Shown one piece after another: positions 8,924-21,996 of a stretch of DNA of 64,000 bases. The notes under the pieces were generated by a model that saw only the letters and a list, made by a program, of their open reading frames with translations, searched no databases and was not told the origin of the DNA. The stretch covers positions 67,490 to 131,489 of IMG/VR virus record IMGVR_UViG_3300001598_000001; one strand, written 5' to 3'. Each line of letters starts with the position of its first letter. Position 1 is the stretch's first letter. The position numbers and the translations under genes are program-made. Source of the stretch: a virus (taxonomy: Duplodnaviria > Caudoviricetes).

Positions 8924-9011
8924 ATTATTATTATTTTTCCAAAGGAAAGATAATGAATATTAATTTTTTGTGGAAAAATAATAATTATTTAAATAATTAT
9001 TAATATAATAT

Positions 9012-9038
9012 AAGTCGCTTAAATAAAAGCGGCTTTTT
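9012..9038 (+). terminator. Intrinsic terminator ending RNA island
   Basis: AAGTCGCTT-aaataa-AAGCGGCTT then TTT. Confidence 0.55.
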
Positions 9039-9064
9039 ATTTAGTAAAATAGGGGGTATAGACC

Positions 9065-12000
9065 ATGAAAGAAAAAATAATTGAATATACAAACCTTAGT
9101 GATATTGATTTTAGTAAAAATAGCACGTTATACAAAGATATTAGTAGTATGGATAAGAAAGTCCGTGCTTTTGACGCTAGATCCAATGAAATTAATGATA
9201 AAATAAGTAAAGAAATATTCAGAGACGCTTTAGTAAGTGGTGGTAACAATAGTATTTTAGATTCTTTACATGGTATAGAAAACCTATGTCGTAGTAACGG
9301 AATTCAAACTAAAGTAACAGTAACAAACGATGGAATTAGTTTAGTGGCTTATGATGAAAATAATCAAGTTGTACCAGTTATCTCTTATATGGCTGGTTCA
9401 GATGGATTAGTAATTCGTGATAATTTAGTAGTATTAGATTCTTTGTATTATAGTCAAAATAATGCCACTGGTAAATCTCAATTAATTAATGGAACAGTTG
9501 CTTATTTAAATGAGTTTAATAAAATTTTAAAAACTAATTGAAGTAAGTTAAAATCACAAAAACAAGATTTTAGTTCTATTTTACAGTTTGCTCGTAATGA
9601 AGCTAATAAACAAATTCCTATAACTAATCAAGGAACTTATAAATTTGTTGGTAATTCTGGAAAAGAGATTTTATCAAACTTAAAAAAACAAAAAAATGTT
9701 TTTAAAAACAAGAGTAAGAGTTTCGATGTTGATCCTAGTGCGTTTTGAGAAAATATTATTTATGACACTGTTAGAAAATCGGTAGCTCCTGGGGTTACTT
9801 CACAAGATCAATCTTGAGCACAAAAAGAACGTGAAATTCGTCCAATAATAGAAAAACTTGCTAAAGAAGCTTCTAAACTACCTTCTGTAAAACAAGCAAC
9901 TCGATTATTTAGTGAAGATTATGATATTAGAAAATTAATTACTAAAGACAGTAATCTAAAAGCTAAGATTATGGAAGCGGTTAGATTTTTTTCTGAAATT
10001 ACTTGAAATCAATCTAATATGTCTGAAGCTGATGCCCATAAAGGTAAAGTGGCAATATTTGGCGATAGTAGAACTGGTATTTCTGGTCAAGAATCAATTA
10101 CTAAAAAAGATCAAGGTAGTTCATATTTAAAACGAACTAAAGCTGGTCAACACAATACTTATGCACATGTAGCTGGTGGTATTTTAACTTCTAAAACAGG
10201 TTTTAAAGGTAATTCTGCAGATTATGATTTATTTACTATTGCTCCTGTTGAATCTGAAGCAATTTCTGAAGGTATGAATAATATGTTTAAAGCAGCCGTA
10301 GAACACGAAAAGGTTGCTCGTGAAAACATTAAAAAATACGGAGAAAATATCAAACACAAGGCAGAATTAATTAAAATATTAAAAAATAAACTTGATACTA
10401 TTAAAAAAGATGACTATAGTGATTTAGAACATGAAATGATTTCTCAAATTATGGAAATTTATGAAAATTATCGCACTGTTCATGATACAGGTAATAATCA
10501 AGTGCAATTTGATACTCCTGAAGAATTTAGAGATTATTTAGTTAATGAAGCTAATAAACGTTTTGCTCAAAAAGTAAAACAACGCAAAACTTATAATAAA
10601 GAAAGAAAGAAATCTTTAACTAGTGAAATTGCTGATATTAAAGTTGCAAACACAGACGCTAAATATAAACAAGCAGCAGCTAAAGCTTATCATAAAATTA
10701 ATGAAGAATCTGTAGAAGATTTTGCTTTAGACAAATTGCGCAAACAATATCATATGGATTTTAATCCTAATAAGCCTCATTCTGATGTGTTGGATGATCA
10801 AATCATTATAGTTAAAGAAGCATTAGCTGAAATACAAACACAATTAATGCAACAACAAGTTTTTACAGAAAAAGATATTAAAAAAGCTATGAAAGCTGGA
10901 AATTATCAAATTTCTGAAGAAGCTGTGTTGGCTAAAATAAACGAACAACGAAAACAGCAAGGTTTAGATCCTGTTTCTATGAAAGACCTAAAAGTTGGAC
11001 TTAATAAAGAAAAAGGTGTATTTACAGCACAATATACTGAAGATTTTATTATCAAAGAAGGAACTAAATTATTAAATTATTTAGGTAGAGAACGTTGATC
11101 TTCTTCAAGTTTACCAGCAGATGTAATGAAATCTGTCTTAAAAGCACAAGCACGATTAATTGCTTCTGTTAAATCTGGTACTAATGATGTTAATGACACT
11201 AAATATCAAAAAGAATTTGCAAAAGCCAATTCTATGTATTTTGATTCCAATGATAATCTTAAAGTTGCAGGCGTTAGTGGAATTAGTTCATCTATTAAAG
11301 GTGAAAAATTTTATGGTTGAAGCCAAGGTGTTATGTCCTATGCTTTAGGTGAATTGTTTAATCAAAGTTATAAAAAGAATATTTCTAATGGTCAAGAAAA
11401 AGCAGTAGCTAAGTCTGAAGCTATTAATAAAGTTCGTGAAAAATGAAATGAATCTGTAGATAAACTAGTCGCACAAGGACAATTAACTACAGAACAAGGT
11501 GAAAAATTTAAACAATTAGTTACAGGTGTTAATGAAAAAACTGGAAAAGTAAATTTTAATACTGATTCAAAAATTACAGATTTTGTTAATAAAAATTTAG
11601 TACATTACGTCAAGTTAATTAATACTGTTTACAAAGATAATACAGGCCGTAAACTTGGTACTTATAAAAATAATAAAAATGAAGGAGAAGTTTTTGAACT
11701 TGATCCTTATGCTTTATATGATATAGGTATTAATCCGTCTATAGTTGCCGAGGGAGATTGGGATCCACATAAGAGAGTTTCAATGGCTCATAATGAAAGA
11801 CAAATTAAAGAAAGAGAAAATGAACGTTTAGCAGCTATGGGTAAAGACGTCACTGTTGAAAGAGCTATGCTTGATGTTCAATATGAACAAGCTATTGAAA
11901 AAAATACTAAATATCAAAATAAATTAAAAGCTGTTAGAGACGCAGTTACTAATAATTTTAATGCTGATAGAATTGATGTTGAAGACAAAGATAAAGATAT

Positions 12001-15000
12001 CACAGCTATTGTAAATTTAGCTGATTTAAATAATGCTAAAAATGTTGAAAGAGATGTTATTGACCCTGCTACATTTAATTCTAAAGATTTTACTCAAACT
12101 AAAGAGGGTATTATTTGGACAGCACAACAAAATAAATATCAAGAATTATTAAATGAGTTTATTGATCCAAATAAAATTAAAGAAATTGAAGAATTGCGTA
12201 AAGCTAAAAAATATAAAAAAGCAAAAGAATTAGAGGTACTAGAACAACAAAGAGTACAAAAAGCCGTATTAGATAAATATAAAGTTGAAAGTGCCAAAGA
12301 TATTAAAATTGCTGGAAAAACTAATATTCAAGGATATTTAAATAAGAGTGTATCTGGATTAGATTATGATGCTATGACAGGAGAGCTTTTAGATCTTGCT
12401 GGATACGATATAGAACAAGATGAAAATGGCAATTATCGTATTAACAACACAGCAGACTATGAATATAATCGTAGTATTCTGAGATCTTATGAAAACGCTC
12501 TTAAAGAAGATATTTTAGAAGATAGACAAGCAAAATTTGGAACTGGAATTTATAAAGCTGGTCTTGAACGTGAGCGAGCTTACGTAGAGAAAAAAGGTTC
12601 GGAATTTGAAAAATTTGCTAAAAAAGAAAGAACACATAGTAAATTTTTAAAAACTAAAGATTTAAATAATGCTGAAAAAGATACATTATATACTAGTAAG
12701 AGTGATATTAATGAAATGATTTCTCAACGAGAGAATGAAACTGATGAGGAATATAATAAACTTATTAAAGGTATATACAAAGATACTTTAGGTGTTAATA
12801 ATGCTCCAAGAAGAAAACAAAATGAAACTCTTCAAGATTATAATACTCGTATTAAAGATAGTGTATTAAAAGCTATTATAGAAGACGATAAAGATCTTAT
12901 CATGGATGTCACTAGAGATCCTAATAATACAGCTATGGCTGGTATGAAAGTTAAAATTAAACATTTAACTGGTATAGGCGAAGGTGTAGTTGGAGGAGAT
13001 CCAGCTTTAATTAAATTTCTTAAAGGTGACTATGATGGTGATAGATTAGGTTTAGCTTTAGATGCTGATGGTAATATTATTGGTGCTGTTCGTATGACTC
13101 AAAAACAAGTTGACGAACATATGCTAAAAGAAAGAATATTAGCGGAAGAAGATGCTGAAGTATTACGTTTTATTACCAATCAAAAAGGTGGAAGTACTTT
13201 ACCGTCTGCCAGCACAGCTATTAAAATAGACAAAAATGGTAAAAAATATATTGAAAATACTACGTTAGATGTAGCTGATTTAACAGGACTTGAACGTAAT
13301 GCTTCAACACAATTATTATCATTTGAAGCAAAACAAAATAAGGATGACTATGTTGGACTATATTCTAATTTTAGAACTAGTGCAACTACTGGATTAGAAG
13401 AAAAATTTGGAAAAGGTTTAGGTAAAACAGTAAATACTGCTAAAACTGGATTAGCTATTGAAGCCTTATCTTTATTATTGGCTCGTCCAGAACAAGCTGC
13501 AATTTCTTCTAAACACTTGAAAAATTTAGCAGCCACTGATCCTGAATTATTTAAACAGTGATTTGAATGAGAAGAAAATGAAAATGGTGAACTTATTCAT
13601 AAAAAAGATGAAAATGGCAATGTTATTTTCAAACAAGCTTATTTAGATCGTTATGAAAAATTAGCTAAAGATTTAAAGAATTCTGATAATTGAAACAGTG
13701 AAACTCAAAGAGAAGCATTATTACAAGAAATGGTTAATCTTGGAATGATTGAAGGTAGTGGTAAATTTACTGACGATCAATTCTTTGGTGAATTTTGAAA
13801 ACTTGCTAATACTGAATTAGGACGTAAAGGTTTAACTGGTATTAACAAACGTTATAATAAATTATACGGAAAAGATGGTAAATTAAAAGCTGGTGCTGAT
13901 TTAAGTATCATGGATCTTGATTTTATCAGAGATATGTTAAATTGGTTATCAGTTCAAAGTGCAGAACTTGCTCCTAATGAAACATTGGGACATATAGTAA
14001 CTACTGGTAGACAATCTGCTCTTGATAAACAACGTGTTTATGATCAAAAAAATTTAATTGAAAAACCAACTGAAAAACAAATCAAAGAACACAAAGAATC
14101 CTTGGGTAAAGATGTCGAAGTAGAAATTCTTAAATCTATTAATTTATTAATTGATACTATTAGACAGTCTAGTGGAGTCATTGCTCAAGCAGCAGGTATT
14201 AGTGGTGGTAATGGAAATCGTTTTGCTTATAATATTTCTAATATTACAGATAATAATAAGAGAAATGTTTTAGCTGCTGCATCCAGAGCTGGTGGCTATA
14301 CTAATAAAATTACACCTACTGAGATTGCTCGAGTGAATGCTCGTAGTGGGGATAAAATTTATAGTAATTGAGATGAAATAATTAAAATTTTAGAAGATCC
14401 TACTGTAGATGTTAAAGAGAAACAACGTATTATTGGTCAAATGTCCGATGCTGACAAAAATTGGGCATTAGCCACTCGTCGTGGTAAATTAGTTCACCAA
14501 TTTAGTGAAGATCAACGTTTAATTGAAAAATATAATTTAACTAACGTAGATCCAAATAAATGAAATGAAACATTAATTAATCAATTTAAAAACACCAATG
14601 ATATCAATGAAAGAAAAGAAATTTCTCAATTTTTAGGTATTTTAAACAAAAAATCTGACGAATTAAATCATGAAAATGGTGGTTTTGTAAAACAATATAA
14701 AGAATTTAGTGAATTAAGTAAAATTTTAGATATCAAAGATACAGATTGATTATCTAAAATTATAGCATCAGCTCAAATTTTAAATAAAATGTCTTCCAAT
14801 GAAACAGTTATTGGTAAAGAAGTTGGTATGCATAATTATATTAATGTTAATGGTGAAGATACTGTTGAACATGGATATATTGACCAAATTACCAGAGCGG
14901 CTGTTAAGAAGGCCCAAACAGATATTAATGGTGAAAAATATGAAGTAGATGCTAATCGTTATACAATGGAAGATTTAAAAACTACTTCTGGAACAGGGGT

Positions 15001-18000
15001 TGATCTTTCATTAAAAGACGCAGAACAAGTTCTTCGTTATATTAATTATGGTAGTCAGGCTAATAAACAGTTTAAAGAGGAATTAGGTGGACTTGCAAAA
15101 GTTCCTACCACAGCCAAAGAGTTAAAAGATTTTTTAGCCAATGAAAAAGATTTAAATAAATATGCTGCAATTCGTCAATTTGTTGATGATATTGAAGAAA
15201 ATGGTGGGGTACTTACTGACGATCAAGTTCAAATGTTAGCAGATAAAAATGCTATTTTTGAAGGACGTATTAAAAAAGTAGATACTCAAACAAATGAAGC
15301 TGCATCGTATCGTATTGGTGCAAGTCAAGCTAAAGAACTTATTCAAAGATCACAAAACGGAGAAGATATTAGTGGATTTTTAGGTAATTTTGTTGAAGAA
15401 AGACAATTTTATCAAGCTGGTAATTCTGTTTCTGAACTTAAAGAAGAAATTACTTTATTAAAACAAAAATATGAATTACAGTTAAAAATTAATAAAGCTT
15501 TATTAGAAGGAAAAGATAATGAAGCTGCTGTTCTACAAGAACAAGAAAAAGAAGTTGATCTAAAACTTAAAGAAGCTCAGAAATCAACTAATAAAATTGC
15601 TGACACCACAGAAAGAAAAAAATATGTTCGCGATACTCGTAAGGAGATTGAAGAACAATTACAAAAAGAAAATGATCAAGCTTTAAAGTTGTTACAAGCT
15701 CAAAAGAATGATAAACAAAAAGCTGGTCCTAATAAAAATATATTAGCTCGTTTGAGCACGGGATTTGATGAGGGAATTACTCAACGTTTGAATCGTGCAT
15801 TTAGTGGTTATGCTATTTTTGCTAAACTTACTCAAGGGATCCAAACCGTTAAAAAGAATGTTATTGATTTAGATAAAGTTTTGACTAATCTTCGTATTGT
15901 CACTCAACAAAATGAAGAAAGTACTCGAAACTTGATTAAGGGGTATTCAGAACTTGCAGGAGAATTAGGTGTGTCAACAACAGCTGTTGCTACAGCTGGA
16001 CAAGAATGGCTAAGACAAGGCTATGATATAGCAGAAACCAACAAATTAATTGAAGCTTCAACTAAATTAAGTATTTTAGGTATGATGTCTTCTGCTGATG
16101 CTGTTAAATCATTAACCAGTGCAATGAAAGGATTTAAAATGGAATCCTCAGAAGCAATAGATATAGTAGATAAATTAACCAAATTAGATGTTAATGCTGC
16201 TACTACTGCTGGTGAAATTGCTAGTGCATTATCAGAATTTGCAAACGCTGCAAGTTTAGGTGGCTTAAATATTGATCAAGCTTCAGCAATGGCAACTACT
16301 ATCATGGATGTTACTCAAAATAGTGGTTCTCAAGCTGGTAATGCTCTGAAAATGATGTTATCAAGATTTGGTAATGTTAAATCTGGTGCCTATTCAACTC
16401 TTAATATTTCTGGCGATGCAGATACGGAAAGTGCTAGTCTAAACGATGTAGAAAAGGTTTTAAAGAATATTGGTGTATCATTAAGATCATCAAATTTAGA
16501 ATTCCGTTCATTTAGCGAAGTTTTAGATGAAATTAGTGAAAAATGGGTTAATTTAGATAATGTTAGTAAGAATGCAATTGCAACTGCTTTTGCTGGAACA
16601 AGACAACGTGAATCTTTCCTTGTCTTGATGGAAAACTATGATAAATATCAACAATTACTAAAAGTATCTGAAAGTGCCGCTGGAACTTCTGAAGAAAAAA
16701 TTAAATCTTATCAAGAATCTATTGCTGCTTTACAAGAAGAAATAAAAGCCGCATGGGAAAATTTAGCTAATAATAAATCTATTTCTGACTTCTTAAAACT
16801 TATACTTAGTACTACAACCCAACTTATTAAATGATTACCGTGAATAGTTAATATATTAAAACCATTATTAGCTACTAAAACAATTAGTATCGCTTCCAAC
16901 TTTTTTGGTAATGGGTTAAAAAATGGATTTTCTGGTTTATTTAAAAATGTTACTGCTACACAAAAGAATACAACAGCAATTGAAAAATTAACTACAACTT
17001 TAGAAAATACTTCGAACACTTCTGGAAACGGCGTATATAGTCGTAATAATATTGCAGTTGGTGCTGCGGGTATTACATCTACAGGTGCATTAACTTATGG
17101 TAATAAATCTGTCGGTCTTGGTGATGATGGTAAGTATTATTATTTAAAGAACGATGGTTCTTTATCTAAAAGATCAGTTAGTGCTGCGGGACAAAAAGAA
17201 ATTCAACAAACCGCAGAAAATAATAAAAAGCTTAAAAAAGCTGGTAGTTGAAGAAATAAAACGGGTGGTGAAAAAGTTGCTGCTGGTGCAGCTGCTGGAT
17301 TATTAGCTGGGTTAACAGCTGATACCGATACCAAAGATATATATGGTACAGGAGACACAACCGTTAATTCTACATTACAAACTATAGATAAAGTTGCTAC
17401 TGGTGCGGTAACTGGTATAGCTACAGCAATTGGCGGACCTATTGTTGGGGGTATTGCTAATATATTAATGGAAGTTGCTACAAAATATGCAATGCCATGA
17501 TTAGAAAAAATTTTCTTCAAACGCGATTTTGAATTAAAACTTTTAAATAAAAGTATTAATGAAGCAAAAGAAAATATTGAAAAAATTAATAATATTCAAA
17601 ACTCTTTAAATACTTTAGTAGAATTATCAAATAAAAACATTTTAATTGGTGAAGATTATACCAAAGCTGTTGATGAATTCAATAAAATATCTGCAGCACT
17701 GGTTGATGACCCTAAAACACTTAGTGTTTGAAATGAAATTTTACATAATACAGATGATTTATTAGATGGTGTAGATAATGAAACGCTTTCTTTGTCTACT
17801 TTACGAGAAGCTTATTTAACTGGTAGTGCTCAAGAGAGAGCTGAAATAGCTACTGCTTTACGTGCATCATCAGAATTAGTTGAAGCTAGAGAATTCCAAC
17901 GAACTTATTCGGCAAAAATGTATGAAGTTAATGAAACTATTAATAGTGCTCGTCAATATGATGCTGAATTTTTAGAGAAAAACGGAGTTTTAGATCAATA

Positions 18001-20800
18001 TAAACAATATGCTAAAAATAAATATGCACAAATGAGTGATGCCGAAATTATTAAACAATTTGGCAGTGTTGCAAGCGAATTAAAGTATGGAATAAATTGA
18101 CTTGGTGGTTGGACAAATTTTAACACTAATAAAATGACTTCTTTAGACGTTGTTGCTCAGGAAGTTAGAAAATATTTAGAAGATAATGTTGATAAAACTT
18201 TCCAAGACAATTTTAACTCTGATGTTCATTTACGCGAAGAATTATCTACTTTATTAAATGAAAGTGTTCTTGTTGATTATTGAAACCAAACTATTGAAAG
18301 TTTAACTAAACAATTGGAACAAGGTGAAAATGTTAGTGAAGAACTACGCAAAGCTAATAACGAACTAAACAAAGTTCAAAATGCTATTAATTTAAAACAA
18401 AACTATACAGATGAAATTAATTATAAATATGCTCAAGCAGCATTATCTGCTTCTGGTTTAGAAAATTTAACTCAAGCACAATTAAATAATATGGGTTATA
18501 AAGATAAACTTAATAAAATTGCAGAAAATATGGAGTCTTATGGTTATTCTGTTTATAATTCTGATGGTGTGTTATCAGCTCAAGCTCAAACATATATTGA
18601 AAATGCTATTAGAAGTAATAGTAAAATATATGGATCTGTTAGTGGTCAAGTCTATTCATTAGCTGAAGTTTTAAACAAAGATAATGAAAATTTATTTAGA
18701 AATTATCAAGAAATTCTATGGCAGTGATCAGAAGCTTTGGGTGTAAGTGTTGATGAATTAGATGATTTAAAAGATACTTTAGGAGATATTACCTTAGCTC
18801 AAGTTTTAAAAACTCCAGACGAAACACGTCAAAATATTTCTGAACTAACTTCTATGTTCACATCTATTTCTTCTTCTACTGGTATTACCGCTGAAAATAT
18901 AGAGAACATTATTACAAAGTTCCCACAATTATTACCTTATGCAAGTAGTGTTGGTGATTTAATTGGGGGGTTAACCAAAGGCATAGAACAGTATAGTAAA
19001 TTATATGCATATCAGATCACTAATCAAATTTTAAATAGTGAATCTGTACTTTCAGATATTCAAAAAAATATGAGAGAGGGTACTGTAGATGTTGATATAA
19101 GTGAAGATGATCAAAAACAATTATATGAAACATTGTTATCTAACTATTCATTTGGTAATGGAAGTGTTTTAAATGATATGCTTGGTTTAATATGGGGTAA
19201 TGCTGAAGAAAACGGTATAAGTGAGGAAAATCAAGAAAAATTACGAACTATTGTAGAATCTTATTTACCAGATATAGAAAATACGCTTGAGCGAGATTCT
19301 ATTAAGCAACAAATAGATTATCAACAAAAATTATTTGATCAACAAATTAATAATTTACAAGAACAAAAAGAAATGTTAGATAATATAAATCATCAACGTG
19401 AGTATGAAAATAAATTAATCGAAGCTAAACTCAAATTAGAAAATTCTCAAAAAGAAAAGAAAAGAGTTTGAAGATCTGGAGTTGGTTGGACTTATGAAGC
19501 TGATCAAAACAGTATTTTAGAAGCCCAAAAACAATTAGAAGATGTTGAAAATGAAAAGAACGTCTCTAAAATTGATCAAGAAATTCAATTATTGAATTCA
19601 CAAAAAGAGTTATTAGCTAATATTGCTAGTAGTGAAGAATTTGAAAATATGCGAGATTCGTGAAAAGGTTGGTCTGAACAAATGAAGCTTTATAATGAAG
19701 ATCAAGAAACCATAATCACTAATTTATCAACTTTATATAGTTCAATTAGCAAAATTTCTACTAAGGATATAGCTGAAGACATAGCTGATGCTGGAGTAAA
19801 TAATGCTGATGAAAAATTAAATACATTAGATACTTTATATAATACAGCTCAATCTTATATAACTGGCGAAAATAAAAATGCTCCAACTACAGTAACTGCT
19901 TCCCAAGAATATGCAGATTGAGAAAATAATCGAAATAATGCTCTAACAGCTTATCAAACAAAAGCCAATGAGTATAAGAACGTTATTACTCAAGATTGAC
20001 AAACCAAACACTCAGATCATGCAGCCATTATGAAAGCTTCTCAGCTTCATAATCAACAAGATACTATCATGATTGATGGAAAAGCCTATACTGTTGGCAA
20101 TCAACCATTAAGTGACACAGATCCTTACTATCAATGAGTACAAGATGACCTTCGCGCAGGCGAAAAAGGCCCTCAAGACAGTAATGGTAAGGGTAAAGGT
20201 AAGTATGTTAAAGTATTTGATCCAAAAACAAGTACAGAGACAAACGAAGATGGAATATTAAATTATTCTCGAAGTAAAAGTAAAACATATGGAGAGGTTA
20301 ATGGTTCTGATGATAAAAAAGATTATAGTAGTTTAGTGTTATCAGATGTGGCAGCAAGTTTGAGTGATGGTACTATTTTAAGTAGTGAAAGTGGAACCGT
20401 AGAATATGTTATGGTTATGAACCATCAACTTAGACAATTAGATCCGAAGGCCAAAGGAACTTTAGATTTAAATAGTCATGGCGTTTTATTGAATGAATTA
20501 GGAACAGAAGCAATTGTAACACCTCAAGGTACAATTACAGCTCTTCCTTCTCACTCAGGTATTGTGCCAGCTGATATTACTCGTAATTTATGAGAATTAG
20601 GAGAAATTTCTCCTACACTTACACATTTGCTTGATCATTTGAATAATCAAATGGTTCCTGGAAAGAGTGTATTTGGTAATGATGAATCATTTAATATTAA
20701 TACTATTAATATGACAGTTAATGCTGATAATAGTTTTGATGCTCAAAAATTTATTGAGAGTGTTAGACAACGCGCAGCTTTAACAAAACATAATCGTTAA
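9065..20800 (+). CDS. Giant tape-measure protein, 3911 aa (TGA=Trp), with N-terminal RNAP-like and central PD-(D/E)XK-like domains
   Basis: Eleven track ORFs share one frame separated by TGA; TP901-type TMP core (LDKVLTNLRIVT...AGQEWLRQG...AFAGTRQRESFLVLM); VTRDP...GDYDGD at ~12908-13042; C-terminal NELGTEAIV motif. Confidence 0.9.
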
Positions 20801-20827
20801 AAAAAGAAATACAAGGATGGTGGTAAT

Positions 20828-21742
20828 ATGATTAAAGATTATTATATTTATGATGGTACAACTTTATTAGGATTGTTGTATATTCCCGTTGGAGTAAGTT
20901 CAGATAAAATTATTCCTTCGTTTATTACAACACTTGGTAAAGGATGTTTTAAAAATCAAAATTTTTCTACTATCATTATACCACCATCCATAAAAATTAT
21001 TGAAGATAATGTTTTTGAAAATTGTAAATTTTTAACATCACTAGAAATTCCATCTACAGTTGAAACTGTTGGAAATAATATTTGTTGTAATTGTAACAAA
21101 TTACAAACTTTTAAATATTCATCCACAACACAAATGGGTAAATTTATTTTACAAAATTGTTATATGTTAAAAGAGTTAATCATTAATGATGAAAATTTTC
21201 GTGTTTGATATCACAATTCTGAAAAAGTATTCGGAATAGGTGTTTTAGATTATGTTACAGATAATGGATATAAAATTTATAAAGGACACTGAAGTATTGA
21301 AGAATTATTAGGTTGGGGATTACCAGTCGGTAAAGAAAATTTAATTTATTTTGTAGAATATAATAATAAAGTTTGGTATGATCCTTCTTTAGAACAAGCT
21401 TATAAAGGATGTCAATATCTTAATAGTAATATGTCGATTTGTGATTTTTTTCATAAAAAATTTTTACCTATGGATACAATCACATGATCGGAATTTTCTA
21501 TTATATTGGGCATTTGTTCGCAAGGAAAACCATTCTGAGATTTAATGTGTCATAAAGATTTAAATACTAACAATGATAATATTTCTGTAAATGACTTAAT
21601 CAAAGTTTTACAAAAACATCAATTTTTATCTCCTATATTGTTAAGATGAGTAGAAGTGTTACAACATAAAAATGAATGTTTTACAAAGTTTACAGATATT
21701 AGTTATGAAAATATAAATTTATCTCAATATTTTCAATTATAA
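20828..21742 (+). CDS. BspA/TpLRR leucine-rich-repeat protein, 304 aa (TGA=Trp)
   Basis: Repeats IIPSFITTLGKGCF, IIPPSIKIIEDNVFENC, LEIPSTVETVGNNIC; frame continues to TAA 21740-21742. Confidence 0.75.
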
Positions 21743-21996
21743 TTTAGAGCGAGATAGTTAATTCTATCTCCTCTAATATGAAATTTTATTTTTACTTAAA
21801 ATATCTATATATTATATTAGTGGTAAAAATCGTTAGTAACTAACCTTATACGGTAAATTACTTGATAAAATTTCCACTATTAATATCAAGATGTTTTAAT
21901 TAGACTATAGATATTTTAATTAAATATATAATTTATATTATAGACTCAATAAAAGAGTCATTTTATTATACGCTTAAGGGCAAGGAGGAAAAAATT

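Noticed and set aside
8735-8953. 72-aa ORF
   Set aside because: TTG start without RBS and overlaps tRNA-fMet
4805-8960. HDV-like theta ribozymes behind tRNAs, as reported in recoded phages
   Set aside because: Could not build the nested double pseudoknot downstream of any tRNA by eye; a motif search would be needed
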